Part shown: piece after piece, positions 14,010 through 25,668 of the stretch | Layout of the letters: every line of letters begins with the position of its first letter | Numbering within the stretch: position 1 is the stretch's first letter | Source: Octopus bimaculoides | Lineage: Eukaryota | Assembly: GCF_001194135.2 (NCBI RefSeq) | Contig: NC_068982.1 | Span: 108,188,910 to 108,252,909 of the forward strand | Direction of reading: 5' to 3' | DNA: 64,000 nucleotides | The notes under the pieces: model-generated | Databases searched by the model: none | Told to the model about the DNA's origin: nothing | Seen by the model: only the letters and a program-made list of their open reading frames with translations | Made by a program: the position numbers and the translations under genes

Positions 14010-14200
14010 TGCCCAGCTCTTCGAAACGCCGGTGTTAAAACGGGGGTAGCTGATGAAGTAGAATGTTCTCTATGTGGCTTGTGTGTTTTCTCGTCTACAT
14101 TTTGTTTGCAATTTCCTGTACCCAGATATGCACTTATACATACAGGTGGATGTCGGTACGCACATACCTGTACGTATATATGCATATACTCATTTACTAT
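14010..14200 (+). mobile_element. Repeat fragment, probably Penelope-associated
   Basis: cgaaacgccggtg...gctgatgaag...tctctatgtggcttgtg...cctgtacccagatatgc. The reverse-complement homologue is at ~47950-48140. Confidence 0.5.
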
Positions 14201-14929
14201 TTGTTTATATATATATGATTTAAGAAAAATGTGGAAGAGAATGAGGAAAGCATGAGGGGAATGAAGCAAATGCTGTGGCCAGCAGAGCCAACAAGGCAGC
14301 AGACAGGCTGGCTGGTCCAGGTGATATATATATGTATGACAGAATCAAAATAAATTTGTGGTAGTTTGCATATTCTGTGAAAACAATAAATTGAAGTGTG
14401 TATTTGTAAAAATTTCTGTATTTCATATGGTGTATAAGTTATATATTTTATCAGACTTAATTCAATTGAAACCATAAAGTTACTATTAACGCTTTTTTAA
14501 AAATGACATACAGCATATGTTAAATAGAAAAACCTTAATATACATTTGTAATCTGTAAGCAGAAAGAACAGTGAAGCATTCCTAACACAACTTTTAGCAA
14601 AACACTGAATGGAGTAACACCCAACTAGGCAAGAAATGATTGACAATGGATCAGTACAGTAGCTAGGATTATAAAAGCTAAGTGGCAGTACAGTACAGTA
14701 GCTAGGGTTATAAAAGCTATGTGTCAGCAGTAATATTAAAGAGCAAGATGAGAAGTAAAATTTTAGATGAATCTAGCTAGGAAAGAAAATGAAAAGAAGT
14801 TTCCTTATGATCTGATTTGACAGGTAATTTTTTTCATATCATTTAGGCTGTAATCAGAGAGAAGTATACCCAAAACCAAAAGTATACTTGACCTCAGTTA
14901 CAGCTAAAGGAAAGAGAAATAAAAGCTAC

Positions 14930-15720
14930 TATGACATGTTGAATGCTGAGTGAGATAGTAAGGGATCACTTTATGTGGATCTAACAGAGGATACAGTATT
15001 GGTTCTACTTCATAAGTTTATTAAGGATTCAAAGGCATGAAAAACAGCAAGTCTTCTAAAGTAACCACTGAATAGTTGAAAGTCTCAAGCTATGTTGGAT
15101 ATATACTTGTTTCTTTCTTAATTAATCAGGTAATGCTGAAAGATGACTTGTGAACAGAGTTAGCTTCGATATGATGACATATGAATTTGTGCTAAATTGC
15201 AGGATTACAGTTGTTATATTTCAAGTGCAACATCTGCAAATGCTAAACAAATACAAATCTTAAAAATTTTTTTAACCAGGAAAAGCCTTTTGACAAGTTT
15301 CCTTGCTCTGTAGTTTGATGAATGCTGAGGTATCCACCGTCATTCTAGTTCTTAAAAACCTATAACACAATACTTAAGGGTTGGTTGTGCTTATAAACTT
15401 TTATGAGCTAATCAGCTGGTTCTTGTATTAAAATCTGTTGGGTTGCAATAAAAGTTCCAAACTTAGATGTAAGATCTAGAATCCAAAAGCTAAAAGGTCA
15501 ACATTGCTAAGACCAAAGTGCTAATTAATAACAGAAAGTACAAAATCTCAATGACTTTTAGGAAGTTGACATGCTTGAGATGTAGAGAGGAAGTACATAG
15601 AAATTTGTTACTGTGTACTCAGTGCAAACAATGGATATACAAAAGGTGCAGTTGGATCTTTAGCAGGCTGCACAGAACCAGAATTTCAGATGTGTCAATA
15701 CACTGAAGCAGTCAGTAGTG
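14930..15720 (+). mobile_element. Degenerate RTE-clade LINE ORF2 fragment with Cys-rich motif
   Basis: aaagccttttgacaagtttcc (cf. EKAFDRVP) near 15280. ORF 15518-15706 reads LTCLRCREEVHRNLLLCTQCKQWIYKRCS, homologous to the RTE copy at 31700-33170. Confidence 0.7.
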
Positions 15721-16759
15721 GGAGCACACATAAAAAGAAAATCTAAGGGAGCAAATGCACTGATATAACAATGTAATGCAAATAAATGAGTGAGTGCTAA
15801 ATTAATGCTCTGTGTGTGTGTGTGTGTGTGTCATAGCAGTGGAGGAAGGAAAAAGTAAACCAGGAAAGATATAAAAAGAACTAGTGAGCTCTCTGGACAC
15901 TGGACCTCGCAGAAAAGGTGATAGAAGACCAAAATGACTGATGATGTGTTGACTACAGACATTCCAACTCACAGCAACATGGAGAAGCGGATATTAAAGA
16001 TGAAGTACTGTTCTGTCTTAAATGTGAAATACAATCAATAAATTTAAATACATTTGATGGATACTTGTTATTTAATAATAAGCATAAATTATAGTTTTGA
16101 GTCAGAGCTTAATAAGCTATCAAGTAAAAATTCACAAGAGAGCTATGGATTTTTAATGTTTGAAATACAAGTTGTTTAATTCCTGATCAAGAAGATTTAT
16201 GATCGAAGGAGTTTAGCTGCAAATGTACTATTTTTAGAGGCAATGTATCCATTACATACTAAAGTATGTAATGTGTGATTTGAAGAAAATTTGGCTACTA
16301 TTTCTGGTAGATTGCACGACTACATGAAAGTACATATTATTCCTTAGTGCTTATGTATGTGTATGAAAAGACATTAAGCAAAGTAACTTAATAATATACA
16401 TGTGTATTTAAAACAAATACCTATTGTGTCAGTATTATACATGATAGTAACATTACACTGCTTTTAGTATAGGGTATACAAGATATCATCTGACCAGCTT
16501 TAATTGCTGCAGTTTCTTTTGAAGCAAAATAATAGGAACTTGGCACCATCTCAGTCAATATGCTTTCTGAATATACCAACTTTGGCTGCACTGAAGTAGC
16601 TCGAAAGGAATTTACTATAAACAGAATATTCAGAAGAATATTAGAACAAAACTAGTTTTAATATTTCCTATATGTGGTAAATTTTCCTGGTTTTGAATAG
16701 GTTGACTAACTACAAATCTAGATATTTGCATACATTCCTGGAGTATTTTATGAATGCAG

Positions 16760-16920
16760 CCATGACTATGTAGTTAAGAGGCTTGCTTTGAAAACATGCA
16801 GTCTGAGTTCAATCACACAACACAGAACACTGAGTGTCTTCTAAGGCCTCAAGCCAAACAAAGCCTTGTGAGAGGATTGGTAGAACAAAATACATATATA
16901 CATACATACAAAGAAACATA

Positions 16921-16962
<42 letters not shown>

Positions 16963-16967
16963 CATAT

Positions 16968-17007
<40 letters not shown>

Positions 17008-17470
17008 TGAATGTGTGTGTGTGTGTATCTTTGATAGTGAGGCTTGTTTACAAGTATCACATGATGTTTGACATCATGTGATATTTGTAAACAAGTGTCA
17101 CTACAAAAGAAGAGATGTTTAGTTTCAATCATGCATGAAAAACATGCCTAGTCATAGGGAAAATTACCTTGTTTGGAAACAGGTGAGAGTTGGTGACAAG
17201 AAAGGCATCAGGTCATAGAAAATTTGCTTCATCTGATCCATGCTAGTATGGAACAGGAGACTTAAAATGACAATGACAATATGGGTCAGTGCTTGTGTTT
17301 ATGTCATGTTATTTTATGTCCTGTGACTTAGCTGTTCAACAAATAATAGAGATGAATAAAATAAATGCAAGACTGAAATAAGTACTGGGGTCAATATGAT
17401 TGACTTAACACCTGAAGTCAATGTTCTTGCATGGCTGCAATCCAAAGGCTGAAACCAGTAAATTAATATG
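16760..17470 (+). mobile_element. Composite of family-A SINE fragments and microsatellites
   Basis: SINE head at 16760-16890, (CT)n/(TA)n/(TG)n arrays, an (ATG)-tail element at 17040-17275, and a family-A tail at 17290-17465. Confidence 0.6.
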
Positions 17471-19299
17471 TTTTAGGACATAATACCCATTTTGATTTAA
17501 TTTAAGATAACAACGTATCCAGGCTTGCCTTATATTATCATCTTTTGAAAGAAGTCAGCCTCAGAATTATAAACCAAATAATAAATTTCAGTTTTCTACC
17601 ACTGAAGAGGTCTGTCCTTTTCCCACAAATATGAAGCAGAAACTTTTCAGCCTCTTACTAAAAGCATTGCACAACACCATTTAATAATAGATTTTAAGTG
17701 ACAAAAACAAAATGGATGTAGGTATAAATATTTGACATGCATTATGTAAATAATTAATCAATCACTAACTACTAGAAATGCTTTGTGTGTTTTTTCAAGA
17801 TACACACTCAACAGCATCAGAAACATCAACTCATCCAACAAAAAGTTGTTTACCTTATTGACATCTGAGAAGAATAACGAGTACACTTAGGCACTAAAAC
17901 TGTTTATTTCTCTTAGAGAACCACACAGTTTAACAGTCATCTTCTATGAATAGTGTGTATGTACTGACATGTTTATATGTATTAGTATAAGTATGTTATT
18001 ATTCTAATTTTTACATTTTATACACACATGTACACATATCTATAATAGTTATTCTATTACATTTTTCTCTTCTTTTAACTTGCAATGTAATCTATGTTTG
18101 TGAACTTTATATATAATCACACTGAAGTGGGAATGTTAGCCTATGAGTGAAGGGGTCATAAACAAGGTAACTTAAATAATTAACAAAAGATAATTGTTAT
18201 GTACAAGAAATATCCAATATAATAAATATATAGTAAAACTGAGTTACTTTTTCCACAAGAGAAAAATCAACCTTCTATGAAAATGTATTTTATTAATACA
18301 TAAATTGCTGAAATTGCATTTTAAAATTTATACAACTATAACTGGTAAAATATACTTGATAAGATGTTGGATTGCAATACAAAGAATCATATAAGAATGA
18401 TTTCTTTTCTTCATATGAATTATAGCTCAGTACAAAGTAAACTAGATACTGTGTGCATTAGGGGCAAAGTAAGAAAAATAAATATCAACTAATAATAACT
18501 TATAATCTAGAATAGAACTTTTTATGAAAAAAATTATTGGTCACAACATATCAGAAGTTACAGCTAATACTTAGGATAGTTTGAATGAGGTACAAACATT
18601 TTTAAAGAAAAAAAAATCACACTACCATGTGATTACAAATTATTCATACTATTCTCTGATTATACAGCTACATCTATTTTGTTGTGTTTATAGTTGAAAA
18701 ACAGTTAATACACCATTTGAAAGAGGAGTACATGGAAGGACATATAAATGCAGCAATAGAAACTCCCAACAAATCATTAAAAAAAGGTCTTCATTATACA
18801 GAAAAATGAATTTAACTCTTAAAAAGAGGATAAACCTTGTTTAGAAATGAGCAAAGGTGTAGCAAAGTAGAAGGGATATAAAATTTCCTGATTTACAATG
18901 TTTGTTAATTAAGGAGGGGTTTCTAAAGTGGTTTTTACCTTGGGTGCTAAGAACCCTTGCTACACCCAAAAGGTGAGGGGGAGAAGAGAGGAGTATAGGC
19001 TGGATATGGTGTGCATAGTTGCTAATTTTTATTTATGGGCTAGTTAGAAAATAAAGTTAGATATTTTTGTGACCACTTAAGCTCCAAGAACCCAGTGTTC
19101 AAGTCAGATTCTTATAACACGAGGTGAATGAAACAAAACTATTCTTTTGGATAAACTGCTGATCTATTGCAAATAACTTTCCCAGAGAAGGTATAATATC
19201 TATTTCCAGTTTGCAAAACTGTTGTGTGTTAAATTGATTACCTTCCTAGATATACATAATGCCTGCAGCATGATATATTCTGACAAACCAAGAACCATC

Positions 19300-19780
19300 C
19301 ATCTATCCAGTTTCTCTGTTCTCTATTCCTGGAAGGGTCATGGGGGTAGGAGTCCTCAGGCACCTCCTTCATAGGGTCTAATCAGAAGTAACCATCATTA
19401 CATTTTCTTGATGGACTCCCAAGTGTGGCCAACTGAGATTATGGATATTATCCAACTATCTCATTCTTGGTCAACCTCTAGGTCTCCAGCTGGTTGGCCT
19501 CACTTGAAGAATCTGTCTTGTGATCCTTTCCTGCAACATTCTAATCATATGTCTGTAGTACCAGCTCAAACTGGAGAAACTCTGATCTCCAAACCATGCA
19601 CTCTGTTGAGTAACATTACTCCAGAGATCCTTTAGAGAAAGCCCATTTTGGTTGCTTGTGTTTGCAATCATACTCTTCTTGTCATTACCTAACACTCATG
19701 ACCATGAGTGATAGGCATGGAAACCAAACTGAAACGGTAGTCTGATATTTTATCCTCTTCACCAAGATAAAGCAGATTAC
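19300..19780 (-). mobile_element. RTE-clade LINE 3' ORF2 fragment
   Basis: The minus-strand translation (ORF 19471-19695, 'NQNGLSLKDLWSNVTQQ...WYYRHMIRM') resembles the post-RT region of RTE ORF2. Frameshifted. Confidence 0.55.
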
Positions 19781-21155
19781 TCACTAACTGGACAGCTACA
19801 AGCACCATTTCATATAAAAGAGTTTGGTACAAGGTAAAATACACAGCAATATAATACTGGTTCCACAAGCCTGAAAAAGGCCATGTTTATGAAAAATAAA
19901 TTTCAAACAGAAAATTAAATTTGTCCTTTCGAATATTAATTTGTCAACGACATTACATATTTTTAGCTGAAATATTTGTCATCTACAGCCAAAAAATATT
20001 TCAAAAATGCTTTTAAGTAGTATAGAGTTAGTTGTTGTTTAAATATAGTCTTTTGTATTTAGCAACAAATTAAATAAACTTTAGCCGTTTAATAACAAAA
20101 AGTAGAGAAGAAATGGTTTGTAGTTAAGCTTAATGTCTAGTTTAGATTTGTCTGGACTAGTAAACTCTAAACTGTACACCAACTTAAAATTGGTACAGTT
20201 TCTGTTTCATGGATGAACAGATATTGGAAACGGTACCAAATTTTAGAACAGTTACTTCAGAAACTATTGTAATCATGAATTTGCAAAAACTATACAACCC
20301 ATGGAGCAACAAATGTGAAAAATATATTTATTTTAATGAATAATGTTTTTAACTTTGCAATAACTACCAGGAATTTCATTTAAGCATACTCAGAAAGAAT
20401 ATTTTGTTCCTTGAAGAAAAAAAAATGTAGATGAGTGGTCTATGTCGAAAAGGCTGAAACAATGCACACATCAGCTATGTCGCATATAAATCTGTGTTGC
20501 TAAAAGCTTTGTTGGAAACCACAGAGCAAAAGAAGCACTCTCATCATGCTAAATAATATAGAAACTGAAAATGGTTTTGTTACCAGAGCATTCTGAGAGG
20601 AAATAAATTCATCTTAACAATTCATTTAAATAAAATAAATGTTCAAGATGAGTTGAAGAAGCATGCAGTGTTTTATGAAATGAATGAAGAAAATAAATGG
20701 TTAGTAGTTAGAATACTAAATCAATCGATATTGTGGCTAGAGAAAGAAATGGTAATGCTATTTATAAAGAAAATCAAGTTTAACTGATAATTCGGGAGGG
20801 GAAAAAAAAACACTTTTAAGTAGCCATGTGCACTGGCAAGTTGCAGGTATATTCTACTGTAATTACAGTTAGCAGTTGCTAGGATACGAAGTAATTCAGT
20901 CCAGCCTTACATGTTATTGTTCAATCTATGGAAGTAAAATTATAAACAATAGCTTATCACGAATGGGTCCACGAATTTTGAATAGGAAACTATCTATGAA
21001 CGTTATGTTGTTTTAAATACCGCCGCTAGATTTTGATCAACAAGTTTACCAATCCCAACGGCACAACTATTAAGTCAGCCTTTAAATTTATATATATGAA
21101 TTTTAAAAAAAGACTGTAGCATCTTGTATACTTTTTTTAAGTTGGTACCGCTTAC

Positions 21156-21258
21156 CTATTAAAGTCTGTCTGAGTACATGAACATTTTCCAGTATCTTTT
21201 CACAGTGTTCTTGGGCAACACCCATTCCTTGCAGCTGGTGGAGTTGAAGCTGACATAC
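21156..21258 (-). CDS. Coding exon 2 of a SAM-domain protein (103 nt, phase 0 to phase 1)
   Basis: Acceptor gtatcttctcgacAG| and donor |GTAAGC. Translates VCQLQLHQLQGMGVAQEHCEKILENVHVLRQTLI+G, the C-terminal half of a SAM fold (L..MGV...H..KIL..V..LR), in frame with exon 1. It is absent from the ORF track because it is spliced. Confidence 0.9.
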
Positions 21259-22830
21259 CTGTCGAGAAGATACATTGTTCATATAGCAACATTATAAAAG
21301 AACAAAAACAAACGACCATAAGTTATGCACATCAATCGAACGTGGTCTAAAAATTAAAAAAAAACATAAAATGTTCATATATACAACGTTAGAGAGAAAA
21401 GCTACTTCTATTCCGCTACACAACACTACTAGCAGGAAGTGAGAGTAACTACTTATTCAATGGCACATGCACTATTGCATCCCAAATCGTATAAAAAGAA
21501 AGATCACTGTCAATGAAAATCGAAGTATAGTAAATAGAGTAGAGACAGACGCAAGGAATAAATAAACTTGTGTAAATCGTCGGCAATGTCCTTGGGACCT
21601 CTCTGCAGTAAAGCTAGATTCGGAAATGTTGCAGATAGCCGCTTAATGGTTACTACTACATCGTAGTAGTAAGTGGAGGGTCTCCCCACCTCTCCAGTCT
21701 CCAGTATACAATACTGGCACATAGCGAGAACAGAGAGAGAGAAAGAGAAAAAGAGATTGCGACGACAACAGAGCGACTGGTTGGGTGGGGTGTGATGGAG
21801 TATTTACCGAATGAGACACTTTCATCGAAGCTTCAATGTGGAATTACCAACACCACGGATCAATAAACACACACACATACACAAATATGTGCGTGCGCGC
21901 GCGTATGTTTAGATCGCGATTCGTAATAGGCTACTTTAAAATCGAGTGAAATCTTGGAGAAAACATAGCAGTTATGTTGTAAGACATTGATCAATACGAG
22001 GGGGGAAAAAATCGAACACCAATGCCGGTCAACAATGTTTTTATTGGAAGTTAAATTGTTTCTCTGCTACTTACGACTTCGTGCTGAATAAGAACCTTAA
22101 GTAAATAATGTTGATATAATAATGACTTCGAATTTAATAAATAGGTAGAACGAGATATGAAAGGGGGGAGGAGAGAGAGAAAAAAAAGATAATGTACTAA
22201 CTACAGATAGAGAGTAAGAGACACATCTATAATGTAACAGGCATCAATTCCACCATAGCTGCACAGATTACGAGAATCAAGCTAGACTGATGGTTCTAAA
22301 GGAACAGATCGGTTCGTTTCTTACAGATTGACACAATAGAAAAGTATATCATAACTAAAGATTGCCACATTACTTCAATGGTGTATTATGTTTCAGGCTA
22401 GCACCAACACAAGTAAAAAAATGTCAGTATTTAGAAGCGCTATAACGACTCGCGTTATGCTATTCAGGTCCAGATGTTTTGTTACCTTCTTAAGGTTCTT
22501 TCTCAGAAGTTCCATGATGTTGATTACAGAAGTCACTAGATTTATAAATTCGAATAAAAATATACTTTATTAGTTTCGCTAGAGTCGACGTAAATGAAAA
22601 TATTTCGCAGGGCTGGTGAAAGCAGCGACGAAAGGGTTCGGTGTCAGCAATAAAAGGGGATAACAAGACATAGGAACTAGTAAGATTGTTGTGGCGCCTC
22701 CTCTGACCCTAGCAGCCGTCACACATATATATCGCCAGCTTATTATTTTTTCATTAGAAACTACTAAGAAATCTTTTTCTATTGAACAAACATTTACACA
22801 TCTATCCAGAGATACACTTGCTGTACTTAC

Positions 22831-22923
22831 AGACTGCAGCGTTTTAAATCCATAAGCTTCAAAAGTATCCGCGTATTGCTTGCACATAAACGTTTCAAGC
22901 CATCTTTCCACGGGCCCGGGCAT
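22831..22923 (-). CDS. Coding exon 1 of a SAM-domain protein (93 nt, phase 0)
   Basis: ATG at 22923 and donor TCT|GTAAGT at 22830-22825. Translates MPGPVERWLETFMCKQYADTFEAYGFKTLQS, matching the SAM N-terminal pattern V..WL......QY...F...G. The rest of track ORF 22579-22923 is intron read-through. Confidence 0.9.
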
Positions 22924-24799
22924 AATTTATTTTTTTTTATTTGCCAGAAGAATCGTTTGGCGGGGGAAGATAAACCCCCGCTCTGGTTATTTATTTATAT
23001 TCTTAATGTTTTTTGTTGAATTTTTTTTAAGTAAGGCTTAAGTTCGGCCCTCCAGTTTTGTTGGCCAGACCTTCATTCCGTGAGCTTAACATAATGGCTG
23101 CCTGTCACGTGACTCCAGTTTTCTCCACCTATTTCTGTCCCTTCACACCTCCCCTTCCTCACACTACCATATCTCCACTCCTCTATATCTATCACTACAT
23201 TCTTCTCACCACTCCTTCTCTCCCGTTTAGAGTGCACTATTAACAAACGTTATCAACCTTTCCCCTTACGGTCCTTTACCTTTTTATGTTACCTCTCTTT
23301 CTAGTTCCTCCCTCTTCTTCTCTACCTCAACCTCATATACTTCTTATCCTTGATTAATTCCTGCGCTGTTTTACAGATTCGCTAAATGTATTACTTACTT
23401 TTCCATCTCACTCACTCTCTACACTAAAATTCTCCGTCAATATCTATTTGACAATTCTTCTCTCTCCTCGTCTCTCTTTCCCTCAATACTCTATCATTCC
23501 CTTACTACTTCTCTCTCTTTCTCTCTCACCCTCTCCGATTGTTATTTTTCTTTTCGCCGTTTCCCTTATTGACCTCCTTCTTTCTTACCTTTCACTCCTC
23601 CTCTCTTGACTTCTACATCACATTCTTTCTACTCTTGTCCATAATCGCTCACTCTATATACATTCTCTTTTTGTTGTTGTTCCTTTTTGCTCTTGTCTAA
23701 GTCAAGTTTCTTGCTAGAGAAACAGTTAAAAAGCAAGAGACTGACCGATCGGAGCAGGGAAAAAAAAAGAAAAAAACCTTCATACTTCTACGGCATTTTC
23801 CTCTCCAACTGTTCGATAGAGTTACCAGAAGCTAAGTCCGTCAGCACAGCGAGGCCTGCTGTTACCTAATTTTATTTTTATACTGACTGACATCTTTTTT
23901 TTTTTTTTTTTCATGTTTTTGATTTTTTCTCAACAACAATCTTTTAAACTGCTTTTGATTATATTTTCTCTATATATTTAATTGGGGCTTTTTTTTTTAC
24001 CCCTTCAGTTGGCAGTTGCTAACTATCGGAGTAGGCTGATCCTAACACTTTTACACTTTTCTCTGAATGCTATGGAATTTTTATATATATATTTTTTAAT
24101 CAAGGTACACCACACAAGCATTTACATACTTGTATGCAAACCATGCAAGCACACGCTCGTATCTATGGGAATGAGTAAACGTGTAATTCATTCGGGGATC
24201 TCACTACGTAATTGTCTCTTGCGATATCTCTAACCTAAAATATTTTCCCAGTAACATCTTTATATATGTATGCCAGTACATACACACACGTTATTGTATT
24301 TAAATGACTAAGGTTGTAGGATTTCCAAATGAAAGCAATTCAGAAAATAGAAACGATTACTCAACTTTTCACTATAATACAATGGAAATTATAAATACCA
24401 GGTCAAAATAATAGCAAGGATATTAAAAAAAAAGCTAAGACAAGGAAATAAATTGCCATTTAATGTTATAATATATATTTTTATTAAGCGAAATCTTGAA
24501 AAGTCTAACTTATACTGTTTTAATGGTTTAATACAGTTTATTCCGTTTTTGTTTAGTTTTGTTTTTGCTTTAAATTTAGTTTTCAAAAGTTTCCTCGTAA
24601 TGCTTTCCATAGAAGTTTTTTTTAATTGTATAAGCATTTTTTGCGTATTTATTTCCAAGAGGTTTTTCTTCTTTCTTCATACTGAATATTTCCGTTTTAT
24701 TGTATCGAGGGGCATGCATAGGTGAGAGAACATTCATTCTCACACAAAAATCGTGTATTGTGTGTGTACGTGCGTGCGCGCGCGTAATGTGTATTCCTA

Positions 24800-25212
24800 A
24801 AAAAAACCGTCGGAAATTTATGTAATGCGCCAAAAATCATACTTTCTTCGATGTGTATGTTCTAAACATCGTCAATTTACAAATGTGCTAAAAAAAAATT
24901 AAAAAATCTAAAATTGCGCGGTTGCACCCCCTTTTCGTAATTTTTCTGTTTTGACATTTTTTCTGAAATTGTCTCAGATGTATGTTACAAATATTTTTGG
25001 TAAATCATCTCAGATCTTTAAAATGTAAACCTGATAATTTTTCAAAACAAACTGTAAACTAAAAAAAAAAATACACAAAAAGGGGTGGTGTTCCCCGTCA
25101 TTTATATTTGTTTATTTATTTTGTTCAAATTCGTAATCTACGATGCTTAAAACACACATCAAAGAAATTACGATTTTTGGCACTCTAGATAATTTCTGGC
25201 ACTGTTCTTTAA
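24800..25212. mobile_element. Degenerate foldback MITE upstream of the SAM gene
   Basis: gcgccaaaaatcatactttcttcgatgtgtatgttctaaacatcgt (~24826-24872) is an inverted match to acgatgcttaaaacacacatcaaagaaattacgatttttggcac (~25140-25183). An inner pair cccccttttcgta / tacacaaaaagggg is also present. The right end is ctgttctttaa. Confidence 0.6.
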
Positions 25213-25261
25213 TAACATTATTCGTAGACACTACTTTTCAGTGTGTGTGAAAATGTGTGAG

Positions 25262-25420
25262 GTTGGTGGATCTCCGTCGTTCGTCGATGAGGATTTTGTT
25301 CGCTCAACTGAATTACCTACTCTTGATTTAACTTCTTATAGCCTGAGCATTCCACAGACACGTGTACTCTTAATGTCATTTGCAGGAACAAATAAAAAAC
25401 AGAAAGTGACACAATATGTG
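25262..25420 (-). mobile_element. Fragment of (CAA)n-tailed SINE family B
   Basis: ctgagcattccacagacacgtgtactcttaa is the reverse complement of the core of the copy at 56721-57086. Similar fragments lie at ~51620-51760 and ~58245-58285. Confidence 0.6.
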
Positions 25421-25611
25421 ATAAGGCAGTACCTTTTGAATGGCAGGCACAATCCACCCATTAAACTGTTAGGCCCTTTCCATTTTCCTCAATTCACTCA
25501 CAAGATGTACGTCAACTCAAGAGCATAGAAAATTTCTTAACCATTCAGTCATTCTACATCTATTCACACACACACGATATTTAACTCACATATCTGTGTG
25601 TATGTATGTGA

Positions 25612-25660
<49 letters not shown>

Positions 25661-25668
25661 AGAGTTAC

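Noticed and set aside
14018-14062. CGAAAC...CTGATGA as a hammerhead
   Set aside because: The order and pairing give no stem I or closing stem II pair, so it is not a foldable core.
16420-16590. Open minus-strand stretch after a possible acceptor
   Set aside because: The pyrimidine tract is weak, there is no convincing donor and no recognisable protein motif.
22579-22830. C-terminal 83 aa of track ORF 22579-22923
   Set aside because: It lies after a perfect GTAAGT donor, and the SAM domain resumes in the exon at 21258, so it is intron read-through.
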